DNA of 48,037 bases. Source: an archaeon (GTDB taxonomy: Archaea > Asgardarchaeota > Hermodarchaeia > Hermodarchaeales > Hermodarchaeaceae). The notes below the pieces were generated by a model, which worked only from the letters and a program-made list of their open reading frames with translations, was not told where the DNA came from and ran no database searches. The translations under genes were made by a program, and so were the position numbers. Where the stretch lies: the NCBI GenBank assembly GCA_016550485.1, contig JABXGV010000027.1, positions 1-48,037 of the forward strand, given 5' to 3'. Below are positions 35,358 through 43,286 of this stretch, piece after piece (position 1 is the first letter of the stretch; each line of letters starts with the position of its first letter).

Positions 35358-36389
35358 ATGCGGAAACCCAAAGACAAAGATTTCTTCGAGACCAAGGAGC
35401 GATTGATATTTTGTGTAGTGGGTTATCTTCATCCACCCGAAGCTTACACTGCATATCTGAAGTATCGTTCTGACCGAAGAGGAAAATGGGTTGGCAATGG
35501 TGTTCGTTATCATCGTATGATACGCGAATACAGTGCAGCACAAGTACATTCTAGTAGTGATTGGCTTCGTCAACGCTATCCAGAATACTTGGTACATTGT
35601 CCTGTACGGGGAATTGAGTTCCCTTTGGTGCCTCGAAACCGAGTTTTACGTTATTGTATTCCAGAAACCCGGTTAGCAGAAGTATTGGATAATCCTCAAG
35701 ATGCCCTCGAAGTAAAGGCTGGGCGCCTTGTGAATCACATTGTAGACTCAACTGGTGTACCGGTTAGCAAGTTTGGTGTTACTGGTTCGATTCTGTTGGG
35801 GACCCATAATCCAAGGTTTTCTGACATTAACATCGTTGTTCTTGGTGATGCTAACGCTCGGGTGATTCGTGAGTCTATTGATTCAATATACGAGAAGGAA
35901 TTGGAGCCCTACTCACTTAGGGAGATAGAGATATGGCAGCAGAAGAGAGCGCAACTTCTTGGTATTTCTGATGAGTACAAAGACAGGATTGTCTTCCCAC
36001 AGTGGTTTAGAGGCCGCATCGATGGCACACCCTTCCATCTACATCCTACTCGTTCAGATGATGAAATAACCATGGAGTATGGTGATGAGTACTATACTGC
36101 CCTAGAACCCGTTGAACTCACGGCTACTATCAGTGACGATAGTGAAAGCCTGTTTGCGCCAGCGAATTTTGGCATCGAAGACGTAACACTCCTTGACGGC
36201 CCTTCGAAGGCGCCCCGAATAACCAAAATTGTATCCTACGAAGGCATTTTCGCAGGAAGTGTAGGCCAAGGCAATCGTGTTCGAGCTCGCGGTATATTAG
36301 AGCGAGTAAAAGACAAAAAGGGGCGAATTCTACGCTATCAAGTTGTTATTGGCACCTTCAGCACGAAAGGTTGGATTGTAGCCCTCTAA
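35358..36389 (+). CDS. paralogous Pol-beta-type nucleotidyltransferase with DxD changed to DxN (possibly inactive partner)
   Basis: GVTGSILLGTHNPRFSDINIVVLG (codons GAC ATT AAC). N-terminal DFFETKERLIFCVVGYLHPPEAYTAYLKY. The C-terminus aligns with the upstream paralog (ITKIVSYEGIFAGSVGQGNRVRARGILE versus VREIVSFRGRFSEHVQQGDVVIVRGTLE). Confidence 0.72.
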   Translation: MRKPKDKDFFETKERLIFCVVGYLHPPEAYTAYLKYRSDRRGKWVGNGVRYHRMIREYSAAQVHSSSDWLRQRYPEYLVHCPVRGIEFPLVPRNRVLRYCIPETRLAEVLDNPQDALEVKAGRLVNHIVDSTGVPVSKFGVTGSILLGTHNPRFSDINIVVLGDANARVIRESIDSIYEKELEPYSLREIEIWQQKRAQLLGISDEYKDRIVFPQWFRGRIDGTPFHLHPTRSDDEITMEYGDEYYTALEPVELTATISDDSESLFAPANFGIEDVTLLDGPSKAPRITKIVSYEGIFAGSVGQGNRVRARGILERVKDKKGRILRYQVVIGTFSTKGWIVAL

Positions 36390-36453
36390 TTCCTTAGGAA
36401 GAGATTTATTGGGGTTAAAGGTAAACGATTGCTATCAGGAGTAGTTCGTTGTA

Positions 36454-36852
36454 ATGCCTAGCTTGGAAGTCATTCTATTAACAGGTCGGACCCGACGGCA
36501 AGGGGTTGGACTTGAACTCGGAAAGCTCAGTGAGACATATTTTGAGGCAACAACTCAAGTGCGCCTCGATCCGTCTGATATCGAGAAACTAGGAGTTGAA
36601 GCAGGAGACACTGTCGAGGTGAAGACTGAACACGGTAGTGTCATATTAACAGTTGTTGTCGCCCCCAGACCAAGCGCTGGCATAGCTTTCATCCCGTATG
36701 GTCCGTGGGCTAATCTCGTCATTGGCGGTGAAACGGATTCCACCGGAATGCCAACGATGAAGGGACTAAAAGCTACAATCAACCCTGCACCTGGTAAGCA
36801 GGTGCTTACTCTTCAAGAATTATATGCTGAGTTACGAGCAACGGCAAAATAG
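36454..36852 (+). CDS. fwdD: formylmethanofuran dehydrogenase subunit D (molybdopterin-dinucleotide-binding beta-barrel)
   Basis: VILLTGRTRRQG, VRLDPSDIEKLGVEAGDTVEVKTEHGSVILTVV, GIAFIPYGPWAN. 132 aa, directly upstream of fwdB. Confidence 0.88.
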   Translation: MPSLEVILLTGRTRRQGVGLELGKLSETYFEATTQVRLDPSDIEKLGVEAGDTVEVKTEHGSVILTVVVAPRPSAGIAFIPYGPWANLVIGGETDSTGMPTMKGLKATINPAPGKQVLTLQELYAELRATAK

Positions 36853-36864
36853 AGGTTTAGAGCA

Positions 36865-38271
36865 ATGACAACAGATCCGAAAGATACTGCTGGCATCCTT
36901 GCGACTCCTCGTGCACGCGTAGTCAAGAACGTTGTGTGTACTTTCTGCGGAGCACTTTGTGATGACATTCAGGTTGCGATAACACTTACAGGACCATTGC
37001 CCCGTGTGCCAGAAGGTACAATCATCGAGGCGTTGAATGCTTGTCGCATTGGACACACAAAGTTTCTGAAACTGCGCGACGAATATCGCATCCTAAAACC
37101 AGAACTTCGCTCAGGTCCTAACAAGTCTGAGGTACGCCAAGTTTCCCTAGATGTAGCCGTAAAAGAAGCGGCGAAAATTCTTGCCAGGGCAAAACGGCCT
37201 TTAATTTATGGACTTGCAAGCACATCAAATGAAGCTAATGTCAAAGCGCTGGAATTGGCGGAGGTAAGTGGTGCTATTGTAGACAACACTTCATCGGTTT
37301 GTCACGGTCCTGGCATCGAAGCTGTTCAACGTGTTGGCATTGGAACTGCAACATTAGGTAAAATCAAGAATTATGCGGATGTGGTAATCTATTGGGGTTG
37401 CAACCCTGTTGCAGCTCATCCGCGACATACACGTCGTTACTCCCAGTTCATTGAAGGAATGTTTCGCAAGGAAGGAGAGCGCAAGGTCTATCATATCGAT
37501 GTCAGACCTACGCGATTCTCAGATGAAGTGACAGATTTTCTCCAAGTCAATCCTGGTGAAGACTACGAGCTGATGGCGGTCATTAGAGCTCTGCTTCGCG
37601 GACGTGAAATCCCACAGGAATCTGTGGCTGGTGTTCCAATGCGGCAAGTGAGGGAGTTTGCTGCAACGCTAAAGAGCGCTGAATTCATAGCCATCTTCTT
37701 TGGGCTGGGTCTAACCCAGAGCCGAGGAAAGGACCATAACATCACTCAAGCCATTGATCTTACTGCAGAACTCAATCACCACGCAAAAGCGGTTATTATG
37801 CCGATGCGCGGTCACTTCAATGTGACAGGTGCTAATCATGTTTCGACCTGGACCTTTGGCTTTCCCTTCTCAGTGAGCTTGGAAACAGGAGCCCCTTATT
37901 ACATGCCTGGAGAAGCTAGTGCAGTAGATGTCCTAACAAGAGGGGAAACCGACGCCGTCTTAGTCATCGCCGCTGACCCCGCAGCTTCCTTCCCTGCGGC
38001 TGCCGTAAGGCATATGCTGAAGGTTCCTGTAATCACTTTGGACCCCAAACGCTCAGCAACGACTGAAATCTCTGATGTTGTACTTCCATCAGCCTATGTT
38101 GGTATAGAAGCCGATGGAATTCACACTGCTTACAGGATGGACGGGATTCCGCTTCAGTTGAGGAAAATAATCGATCCACCGAAAGGCATTGAGAGTGACG
38201 AGCACATCCTCGATATGTTAGTGCGTGAGGTGTGTCGTCTAAAGGGGATTAAGCGCTACAAGCATACCTAA
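36865..38271 (+). CDS. fwdB: formylmethanofuran dehydrogenase subunit B (Mo/W-bis-pterin, formate-dehydrogenase-like)
   Basis: N-terminal cluster motif VVCTFCGALCDD. Active-site Cys-His (SSVCHGP, Cys codon TGT at 37300-37302). MGD-binding-type segments (VVIYWGCNP, VLVIAADP). Confidence 0.88.
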   Translation: MTTDPKDTAGILATPRARVVKNVVCTFCGALCDDIQVAITLTGPLPRVPEGTIIEALNACRIGHTKFLKLRDEYRILKPELRSGPNKSEVRQVSLDVAVKEAAKILARAKRPLIYGLASTSNEANVKALELAEVSGAIVDNTSSVCHGPGIEAVQRVGIGTATLGKIKNYADVVIYWGCNPVAAHPRHTRRYSQFIEGMFRKEGERKVYHIDVRPTRFSDEVTDFLQVNPGEDYELMAVIRALLRGREIPQESVAGVPMRQVREFAATLKSAEFIAIFFGLGLTQSRGKDHNITQAIDLTAELNHHAKAVIMPMRGHFNVTGANHVSTWTFGFPFSVSLETGAPYYMPGEASAVDVLTRGETDAVLVIAADPAASFPAAAVRHMLKVPVITLDPKRSATTEISDVVLPSAYVGIEADGIHTAYRMDGIPLQLRKIIDPPKGIESDEHILDMLVREVCRLKGIKRYKHT

Positions 38272-38287
38272 CCAGTCTAGTTTGTAC

Positions 38288-38980
38288 TTATGGCGAAGCA
38301 CGCCGTCGAATACGCCTCAGCAGCTTAGTGATGGTCCAATCACTGAAATCAGCGATGATGAGTGAAGCCTCTTGAAGCGCCTTGTGAGAACTAGTAGTTG
38401 CAACTGCTATAACTTGCATGTGGGCAGCCTTTGCAGCCTTGATTCCTGTGGGAGAATCTTCAAAGACAAGACATCTGGCGACAGGAACTTGTAATTGTTG
38501 TGCAGCTAGCAAGTAGGCTTCAGGGTCTGGTTTAAGGGCGCTCACGTGACTTGAATCAATTACTGGAGTCTCCCCCTCAATTCCGAGTGAACGCAGAGCA
38601 GCTGCGACATTTCCTGGCTCACCCGAACTTACAAAGGTGATTTTTAGCCCTACCTGCTTGACGCTTGAATAAAAGGCGAGAAACCCTGGAACGGGGTCTA
38701 GGGCGCCCTCGTCAATACGCTTCCGGTAGTGCTGACGGCGTCGGCTAATCCACTCTTGGGGATTCTCGGAAACTCCATTCTCGGAAAACAACGTTGTCAT
38801 AATTTCACGAGAGCCCATACCAAGGAATCTGTTCTTCCAATCCCTTTCTGAGATTTTAATACCTAACTGTGCAAGGATATCGTTGAAGGTTTCCAAATGA
38901 AGAAGCTCGCTGTTAACGACTACGCCGTCAACATCAAACAGTACTGCTTTAACTGGGATACCTGACACCATAAATCTCAA
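38288..38980 (-). CDS. HAD-superfamily hydrolase (beta-phosphoglucomutase-like subfamily IA)
   Basis: Motif I AVLFDVDGVVVNS, motif II FVSSG, motif III/IV K...VFEDSPTGIKAAKAA. Confidence 0.88.
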   Translation of the reverse strand: MRFMVSGIPVKAVLFDVDGVVVNSELLHLETFNDILAQLGIKISERDWKNRFLGMGSREIMTTLFSENGVSENPQEWISRRRQHYRKRIDEGALDPVPGFLAFYSSVKQVGLKITFVSSGEPGNVAAALRSLGIEGETPVIDSSHVSALKPDPEAYLLAAQQLQVPVARCLVFEDSPTGIKAAKAAHMQVIAVATTSSHKALQEASLIIADFSDWTITKLLRRIRRRASP

Positions 38981-38996
38981 CTATTCTGTAACTTGT

Positions 38997-39725
38997 CTAT
39001 CTAAAGAGTACGAGTTCGACCTTGTGGAGTGGGCCGCGCCAGTCTATTTGGAATCTTGTTTCACCCACTACTTCGCGTGCTTGGTCGCCTATCTGAGCTG
39101 AAAGCATTCCAAGCCGCGCCATTTCCTCTTGATTTTCAATAAGGTAGGTTCTGATGCCGATTACAGAGGCACTCATATCGCTGACCTTATCGTTCCCTAC
39201 CATTAGGCATTCTTGGGGTTGGCGCCCTAGAATGCCAAGTATCTCCAGATAATATTCTGGTCTTGGTTTACAGTAACTCATATTTTCTGCGTCGGTAACT
39301 AGAGTGAGATCCAAATCTGCGATGTTTGCCCACTTGAGACGGTGCACTGTCGCTCTTTCTGGGAAAATGGGATTCGTCGCTATGGCGACCTGAAGTCCTG
39401 CTTCAAGCGCGCGTTGTAAGAGGTTGCGGCCTGTGATTGTTGGGCTAACAAGAGCGCTTAGTTCTGGGAAGGTCTGCTTATAGAATTGATCAAAGCGGTC
39501 AAAGCACTCTTTGTAACTGAGGGAGGAAGAATCTGCTAGGAAATGGTGAGTAAAGGCTTCAACGTTGGTCATTGTCCCGTTGTTTTTCATCATATGCTGC
39601 GTGGAGGCTAGGAGTTTGCGGAAGAAAATGTGTTCTTCAAGGATATCGGAAAAATACGGGGCGGCTAGGCGCGCATATTCTAACAGGAACTTGTCCTCAT
39701 CGAACAAAATCAAGGTATTATCCAT
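38997..39725 (-). CDS. HAD-superfamily hydrolase-like protein with problematic start (nucleophile Asp codon lies just upstream of the first ATG)
   Basis: The ORF begins MDNTLILF. The in-frame upstream codons read D-E-L-P-A-F-E-A-L-L-I-D before the ATG, completing the HAD motif I LLIDMDNTL. A TAG at 39762-39764 closes the frame and no ATG/GTG/TTG lies between. Motif IV-like MVGNDKVSD is present. Confidence 0.7.
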   Translation of the reverse strand: MDNTLILFDEDKFLLEYARLAAPYFSDILEEHIFFRKLLASTQHMMKNNGTMTNVEAFTHHFLADSSSLSYKECFDRFDQFYKQTFPELSALVSPTITGRNLLQRALEAGLQVAIATNPIFPERATVHRLKWANIADLDLTLVTDAENMSYCKPRPEYYLEILGILGRQPQECLMVGNDKVSDMSASVIGIRTYLIENQEEMARLGMLSAQIGDQAREVVGETRFQIDWRGPLHKVELVLFR

Positions 39726-39814
39726 ATCAATTAAAAGTGCTTCAAACGCTGGCAGTTCATCCTACTCCCTTCTATCCTCGGCACTCGTTTGGGAAAATGA
39801 GAAAGGGGGGAGGA

Positions 39815-39835
39815 CAAAGAATTCTGAATTCTTTG
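39815..39835 (-). terminator. terminator-like palindrome after the YbjN-like gene
   Basis: CAAAGAATTC-T-GAATTCTTTG (10-bp arms) 7 nt past the stop at 39842. On the minus strand it is followed by the pyrimidine-rich TCCTCCCCCCTTTCTCATTTTCCC. Confidence 0.4.
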
Positions 39836-39841
39836 CACTCT

Positions 39842-40264
39842 CTATTTCTCGAAACCAGGTACTTTTAGGCCCAGCTTAGGCGCAATGTTCTCAATGAAGT
39901 ACCCGATGGCAAAGGGAATTGCGTTGTACTCCTGTTTGAAGCCATCAAATGTGAGCACTTCGAGGCCTTCGTGACCCACGACGCCGATATCACCGTTTCC
40001 AGTAAGAATGAATTTTACTTCAGCTAGGTTTCCATTTGCTATGAGCAGTTCCTTTGTTAGTGCTAACATATCGACTGAACCCAACTGCTCTTGGGACATG
40101 ATGCGAGTGTGGAAACGTACCCAACGGTCTGATCGATCGATTACTACGTAGAAGGTTCTTTCCTTGATGAGATACGGTAGGATGAAGCGGTCTTCTGATG
40201 GAACTTTCTTGTATTTGAGGCTCATCTGCTTCAGGAATTCTTCAATCTTGTCTGTTGCAGTCAT
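39842..40264 (-). CDS. hypothetical protein, YbjN / T3SS-chaperone-like fold suspected
   Basis: 140 aa. Pattern: N-terminal helix, beta strands (FYVVIDRSDRWVRFHTRI), helix (LTKELLIANGNLAEVKF), GDIGVVGHEG, C-terminal helix. Paralog of the next gene. Confidence 0.55.
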   Translation of the reverse strand: MTATDKIEEFLKQMSLKYKKVPSEDRFILPYLIKERTFYVVIDRSDRWVRFHTRIMSQEQLGSVDMLALTKELLIANGNLAEVKFILTGNGDIGVVGHEGLEVLTFDGFKQEYNAIPFAIGYFIENIAPKLGLKVPGFEK

Positions 40265-40341
40265 TTTCTTTCACCTTGGGAACTCTACTTCCTCAATTCT
40301 CTTTCACCAGAAAAAGGTTTCTAATCTTTTTAATATAGAAT

Positions 40342-40803
40342 TTAACCGTAGATGGAAAGTTGATCCTTTGGAATCTCAGAGATTTGCAGATTGAATTTTG
40401 GTGCAATCTTGGTGATGAAGTAGTGTATGCCAAAGGAGACCGCGTTGAATTCTTGGCGGAACCCGTCAACCGTCAAGACCTTCACGCCTTCATGCCCCAC
40501 AACTCCCACATCCCCCTTGGGAGTGAGAAAGAACTTGACTTCAGCTAAATCCGCATTCGCCTTTAGTAATGCCCGGTAAACCTCAAGCTGTTTTTCTGGA
40601 CCACCTATTTTTTCATGGGAGAGGATAAGGGTCCAAAACCTGACCCATTTAGCCGACTGATCAATTATCACGGAGAATCTGTTATCCTCCGAATCAGCAA
40701 AAGGAACGAAGAGACGGTTTACTTTTCCTCCTTCTGGACGCACTTCGTAAGTCAGACGCATCGCTTCAAGATACCCTTTGATTTTTTCCATGACGTTAGG
40801 CAT
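40342..40803 (-). CDS. hypothetical protein, paralog of 39842-40264 (YbjN-like fold suspected)
   Basis: Shares ...AEVKFFLTPKGDVGVVGHEGVKVLTVDGFRQEFNAVSFGIHYFITKIAPK with the neighbour. The ORF is open to 40866, but alignment with the paralog favours ATG 40803 or 40791. Confidence 0.55.
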   Translation of the reverse strand: MPNVMEKIKGYLEAMRLTYEVRPEGGKVNRLFVPFADSEDNRFSVIIDQSAKWVRFWTLILSHEKIGGPEKQLEVYRALLKANADLAEVKFFLTPKGDVGVVGHEGVKVLTVDGFRQEFNAVSFGIHYFITKIAPKFNLQISEIPKDQLSIYG

Positions 40804-40903
40804 ATCGAGTCCCCACGGATTGGAGTACTTTCCTGAGCTGTTTAGACTCAGAAAAAGGTTTTGCAACCTATGACTAGATCATAATATTTCAAGAAAAAGA
40901 GGG

Positions 40904-40922
40904 GGCGGGAAAGAATCCCGCC
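40904..40922 (-). terminator. terminator-like hairpin after the MFS gene
   Basis: GGCGGGA-5 nt-TCCCGCC, a perfect 7-bp GC-rich stem 14 nt past the stop at 40937. On the minus strand it is followed by CCCTCTTTTTCTT. Confidence 0.45.
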
Positions 40923-40936
40923 TTGGATTTTTGTGA

Positions 40937-42235
40937 CTAAGTAAGTGTTTCCTCCTCACCTGCTTCACCGCGCTGTACGCCTAACATGCATAGAAGGGCG
41001 GCAAGTAGGAAGATGACGGAGAAGGGCCAGATGGCAACCCAGATAGTTGTCGAGGGAAAGAGAACCGGTATCACTGGTATGAATACGATTGCCCCAAAGA
41101 GGCTTGGAGCAATTGCAGCGGAAGTTTGTGAGAAGACGTAATATATGCCCGTTTGAGCACCCAGTTTCTTGCGGCTTAACTCCCAGAGAATTACGATGCT
41201 ATTGACATTCACCATAGCCCAGAAGGCCCCTGCAACGCCAAGAATAGCGAGGATTAGCGTTCGATTTCCTCCTGTGAAGGGGACAATTACAATCATCGCT
41301 ATCATGCCTATGAGTCCAATAATGATGGAGCGTTTTCTGCCGATTTTTCGTGCAATAAAGCCCGCGGGTATGGCAAAGAGAATTATTGCGAGCGCAAAGG
41401 GAAGTTTAGTCTGGGATGATTGTCCAGCTGTCCAACCCAAGGTGAAGGTTCCGTACGACGTAAACCATGTATCTACGGTGTTGTAGGCGATAAACCAAAA
41501 GAAGATAGCCATGAGCACACAGATAATCGAGCGGTCCCCTAATGCTTCGCGGAGGCTTTGCCAAAGCGTCATCCCCTCGACTTTCTCAACTTCTTTCGGT
41601 ATCTCTGGTTCTCGGATAGCCAAGAAGAGGATGCCGAGACAAAGCAACATAATTAGTGCACTCACAAAAAATGCCCATGTTGGGCTCAAATCATAAAGGT
41701 ATGCGCCTAGTGTAAATGAGATGATTGCACCTACGCCACCCATAAGATTAATCACACCATTTGCTGGGCTGCGTTTCTCTGCAGGCGTGAAGTCAGGCAT
41801 CATTGCAACAACTGGTGCCCTATAGATTGCCATGGAGATGTCAAAACCGAGAATGAGGATCACAATAGAAATCAAAGCGAGAGGCCCAGTCAATAGAAGT
41901 GTTAAGGGTAGACCAATGAAGAATCCTGCTGCCATAGGAATGCCAACCATGACGTAGGGCATTCGACGTCCGTAGCGTGTTTTCGTCTTGTCTGAACGCG
42001 ATCCCATGAGTGGGTTCATGATCAGAGCTATCAGGTTGTCAACGCCCATGATAAGACCAGCTACAAATATCACAGCTACGAATCCAGAACCAAAGTATTG
42101 GAATATAGAGTATTCTTGGAGAATCAGGGGCACAAAGTCATTGAATAGTTGCCAAGAGAGTCCCGTTGTCAGAAAGCCGAGACCAATCACGAAGATTTGT
42201 TTCCAACTGAATGTTTGTTCGCTCATAATGAACAC
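40937..42235 (-). CDS. MFS transporter (GPH / SLC45-like subgroup)
   Basis: 12 hydrophobic helices and the loop 2-3 motif GSRSDKTKTRYGRRMPYV (D...GRR.P). Confidence 0.88.
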   Translation of the reverse strand: MFIMSEQTFSWKQIFVIGLGFLTTGLSWQLFNDFVPLILQEYSIFQYFGSGFVAVIFVAGLIMGVDNLIALIMNPLMGSRSDKTKTRYGRRMPYVMVGIPMAAGFFIGLPLTLLLTGPLALISIVILILGFDISMAIYRAPVVAMMPDFTPAEKRSPANGVINLMGGVGAIISFTLGAYLYDLSPTWAFFVSALIMLLCLGILFLAIREPEIPKEVEKVEGMTLWQSLREALGDRSIICVLMAIFFWFIAYNTVDTWFTSYGTFTLGWTAGQSSQTKLPFALAIILFAIPAGFIARKIGRKRSIIIGLIGMIAMIVIVPFTGGNRTLILAILGVAGAFWAMVNVNSIVILWELSRKKLGAQTGIYYVFSQTSAAIAPSLFGAIVFIPVIPVLFPSTTIWVAIWPFSVIFLLAALLCMLGVQRGEAGEEETLT

Positions 42236-42330
42236 TCTTCACTTCTAGTAATGAAGCGAATGTGTTCTGTGTCGTTTTTCCTCTTAAATGATGAACATGC
42301 TTAGAAGATACCTGAAAGGTAGTATCACGC

Positions 42331-42537
42331 CTAAGAACTGAGAGGTAGAGGTCTGCCACAGTTCCTGCAGAGAATGTATTCCTTGTCCTTGGCTTTGAGA
42401 AAGAAGAAGAAGCGTTTCCGTAGGATGTTTTTGTGGTGACAATAGTAGCACGTGATGGTCACCGTTGAGGTGGTCTCTGAGGTTTGAGCCCAAGAGTCCA
42501 GTACTGCCATTAGAGTATCACATCCTTTTTTGTTCAA
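42331..42537 (-). CDS. possible small zinc-ribbon protein (59-68 aa)
   Basis: C-x2-C (CYYC) and C-x2-C (CRNC) are 22 residues apart. TTG start at 42537 or ATG at 42510. A canonical TTTAAATA box sits on the minus strand at 42587-42580. It competes with overlapping ORFs 42284-42493 and 42138-42359. Confidence 0.3.
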   Translation of the reverse strand: MNKKGCDTLMAVLDSWAQTSETTSTVTITCYYCHHKNILRKRFFFFLKAKDKEYILCRNCGRPLPLSS

Positions 42538-42579
42538 TGATTATCTAGTTGCTTACAAGTATAGATTCGTAAAAGAAGG

Positions 42580-42587
42580 TATTTAAA
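42580..42587 (-). promoter_or_regulatory. TATA box candidate upstream of the small zinc-ribbon ORF / MFS gene
   Basis: The minus strand reads TTTAAATA. It lies 43 nt upstream of TTG 42537. Confidence 0.3.
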
Positions 42588-42870
42588 CCCTTTGTTTTCC
42601 GTATACGACCCTATTTTCTTTTGAATTTTATTTTTTCCTTTTAGTTGCCCATTAGAGGATGAAAAACGTAATTAGACCGTCTTAAACTAAGAAAAGCAAG
42701 AAAACAGCGTCTAAATACTTCTTTTAAATATCCGGTAATATAGTCGCCTAGATATACTTCATCTATTTTGCTTGATGGATGGACACCAACTTCTAAAGAC
42801 TTTTGAACACCGAGAAGGCTTGGAACAACCATTAGCCTCCAAGGCGAATAATCATTAGATTGGTGACGTT

Positions 42871-43281
42871 ATGGATTCCTCCCATCCACTTTCGGAGAAA
42901 GACAAAGAGCTTATCGAATTAGCCCGTGCTGCATCCCAGAACGCTTACGCGCCGTACTCTAGATTTGAAGTAGGTGCTGCTCTACTGACTGTTGATGAGC
43001 GGATATTTACTGGCTGCAACGTTGAGAATACCTCACTCGGTTTGACCGTTTGTGCAGAGCGAACCGCTACCTATGCAGCGGTGTGTCATGGCAGCACACA
43101 ATTCCAAAAGCTCGTTATAGTAGTGAATCAACAGAATCCGTCGTTGCCTTGCGGCGCCTGTCGACAGGTGTTGCATGAATTTAGCCCAGAGCTCGAAATT
43201 TTAGCAATAGGCAATACAGGTAAGATTCTGCGTGCAAAATTGACAGAGCTGCTTCCTAACGCGTTTCAATACAAGCCCTAA
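42871..43281 (+). CDS. cdd: cytidine deaminase (homotetrameric type)
   Basis: AYAPYSRFEVGAALL, zinc motifs CAERTA (C-A-E) and PCGACRQ. Confidence 0.92.
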   Translation: MDSSHPLSEKDKELIELARAASQNAYAPYSRFEVGAALLTVDERIFTGCNVENTSLGLTVCAERTATYAAVCHGSTQFQKLVIVVNQQNPSLPCGACRQVLHEFSPELEILAIGNTGKILRAKLTELLPNAFQYKP

Positions 43282-43286
43282 TAGCG

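Noticed and set aside
37300-37302. Checked FwdB for a selenocysteine (in-frame TGA) at the active site.
   Set aside because: The active-site codon is TGT (Cys) followed by CAC (His). The ORF has no internal TGA.
42641-42832. 63-aa minus-strand ORF upstream of cdd.
   Set aside because: It lies in AT-rich promoter-like sequence, has no start context or motif, and its composition is dominated by codons from the AT-rich tract.
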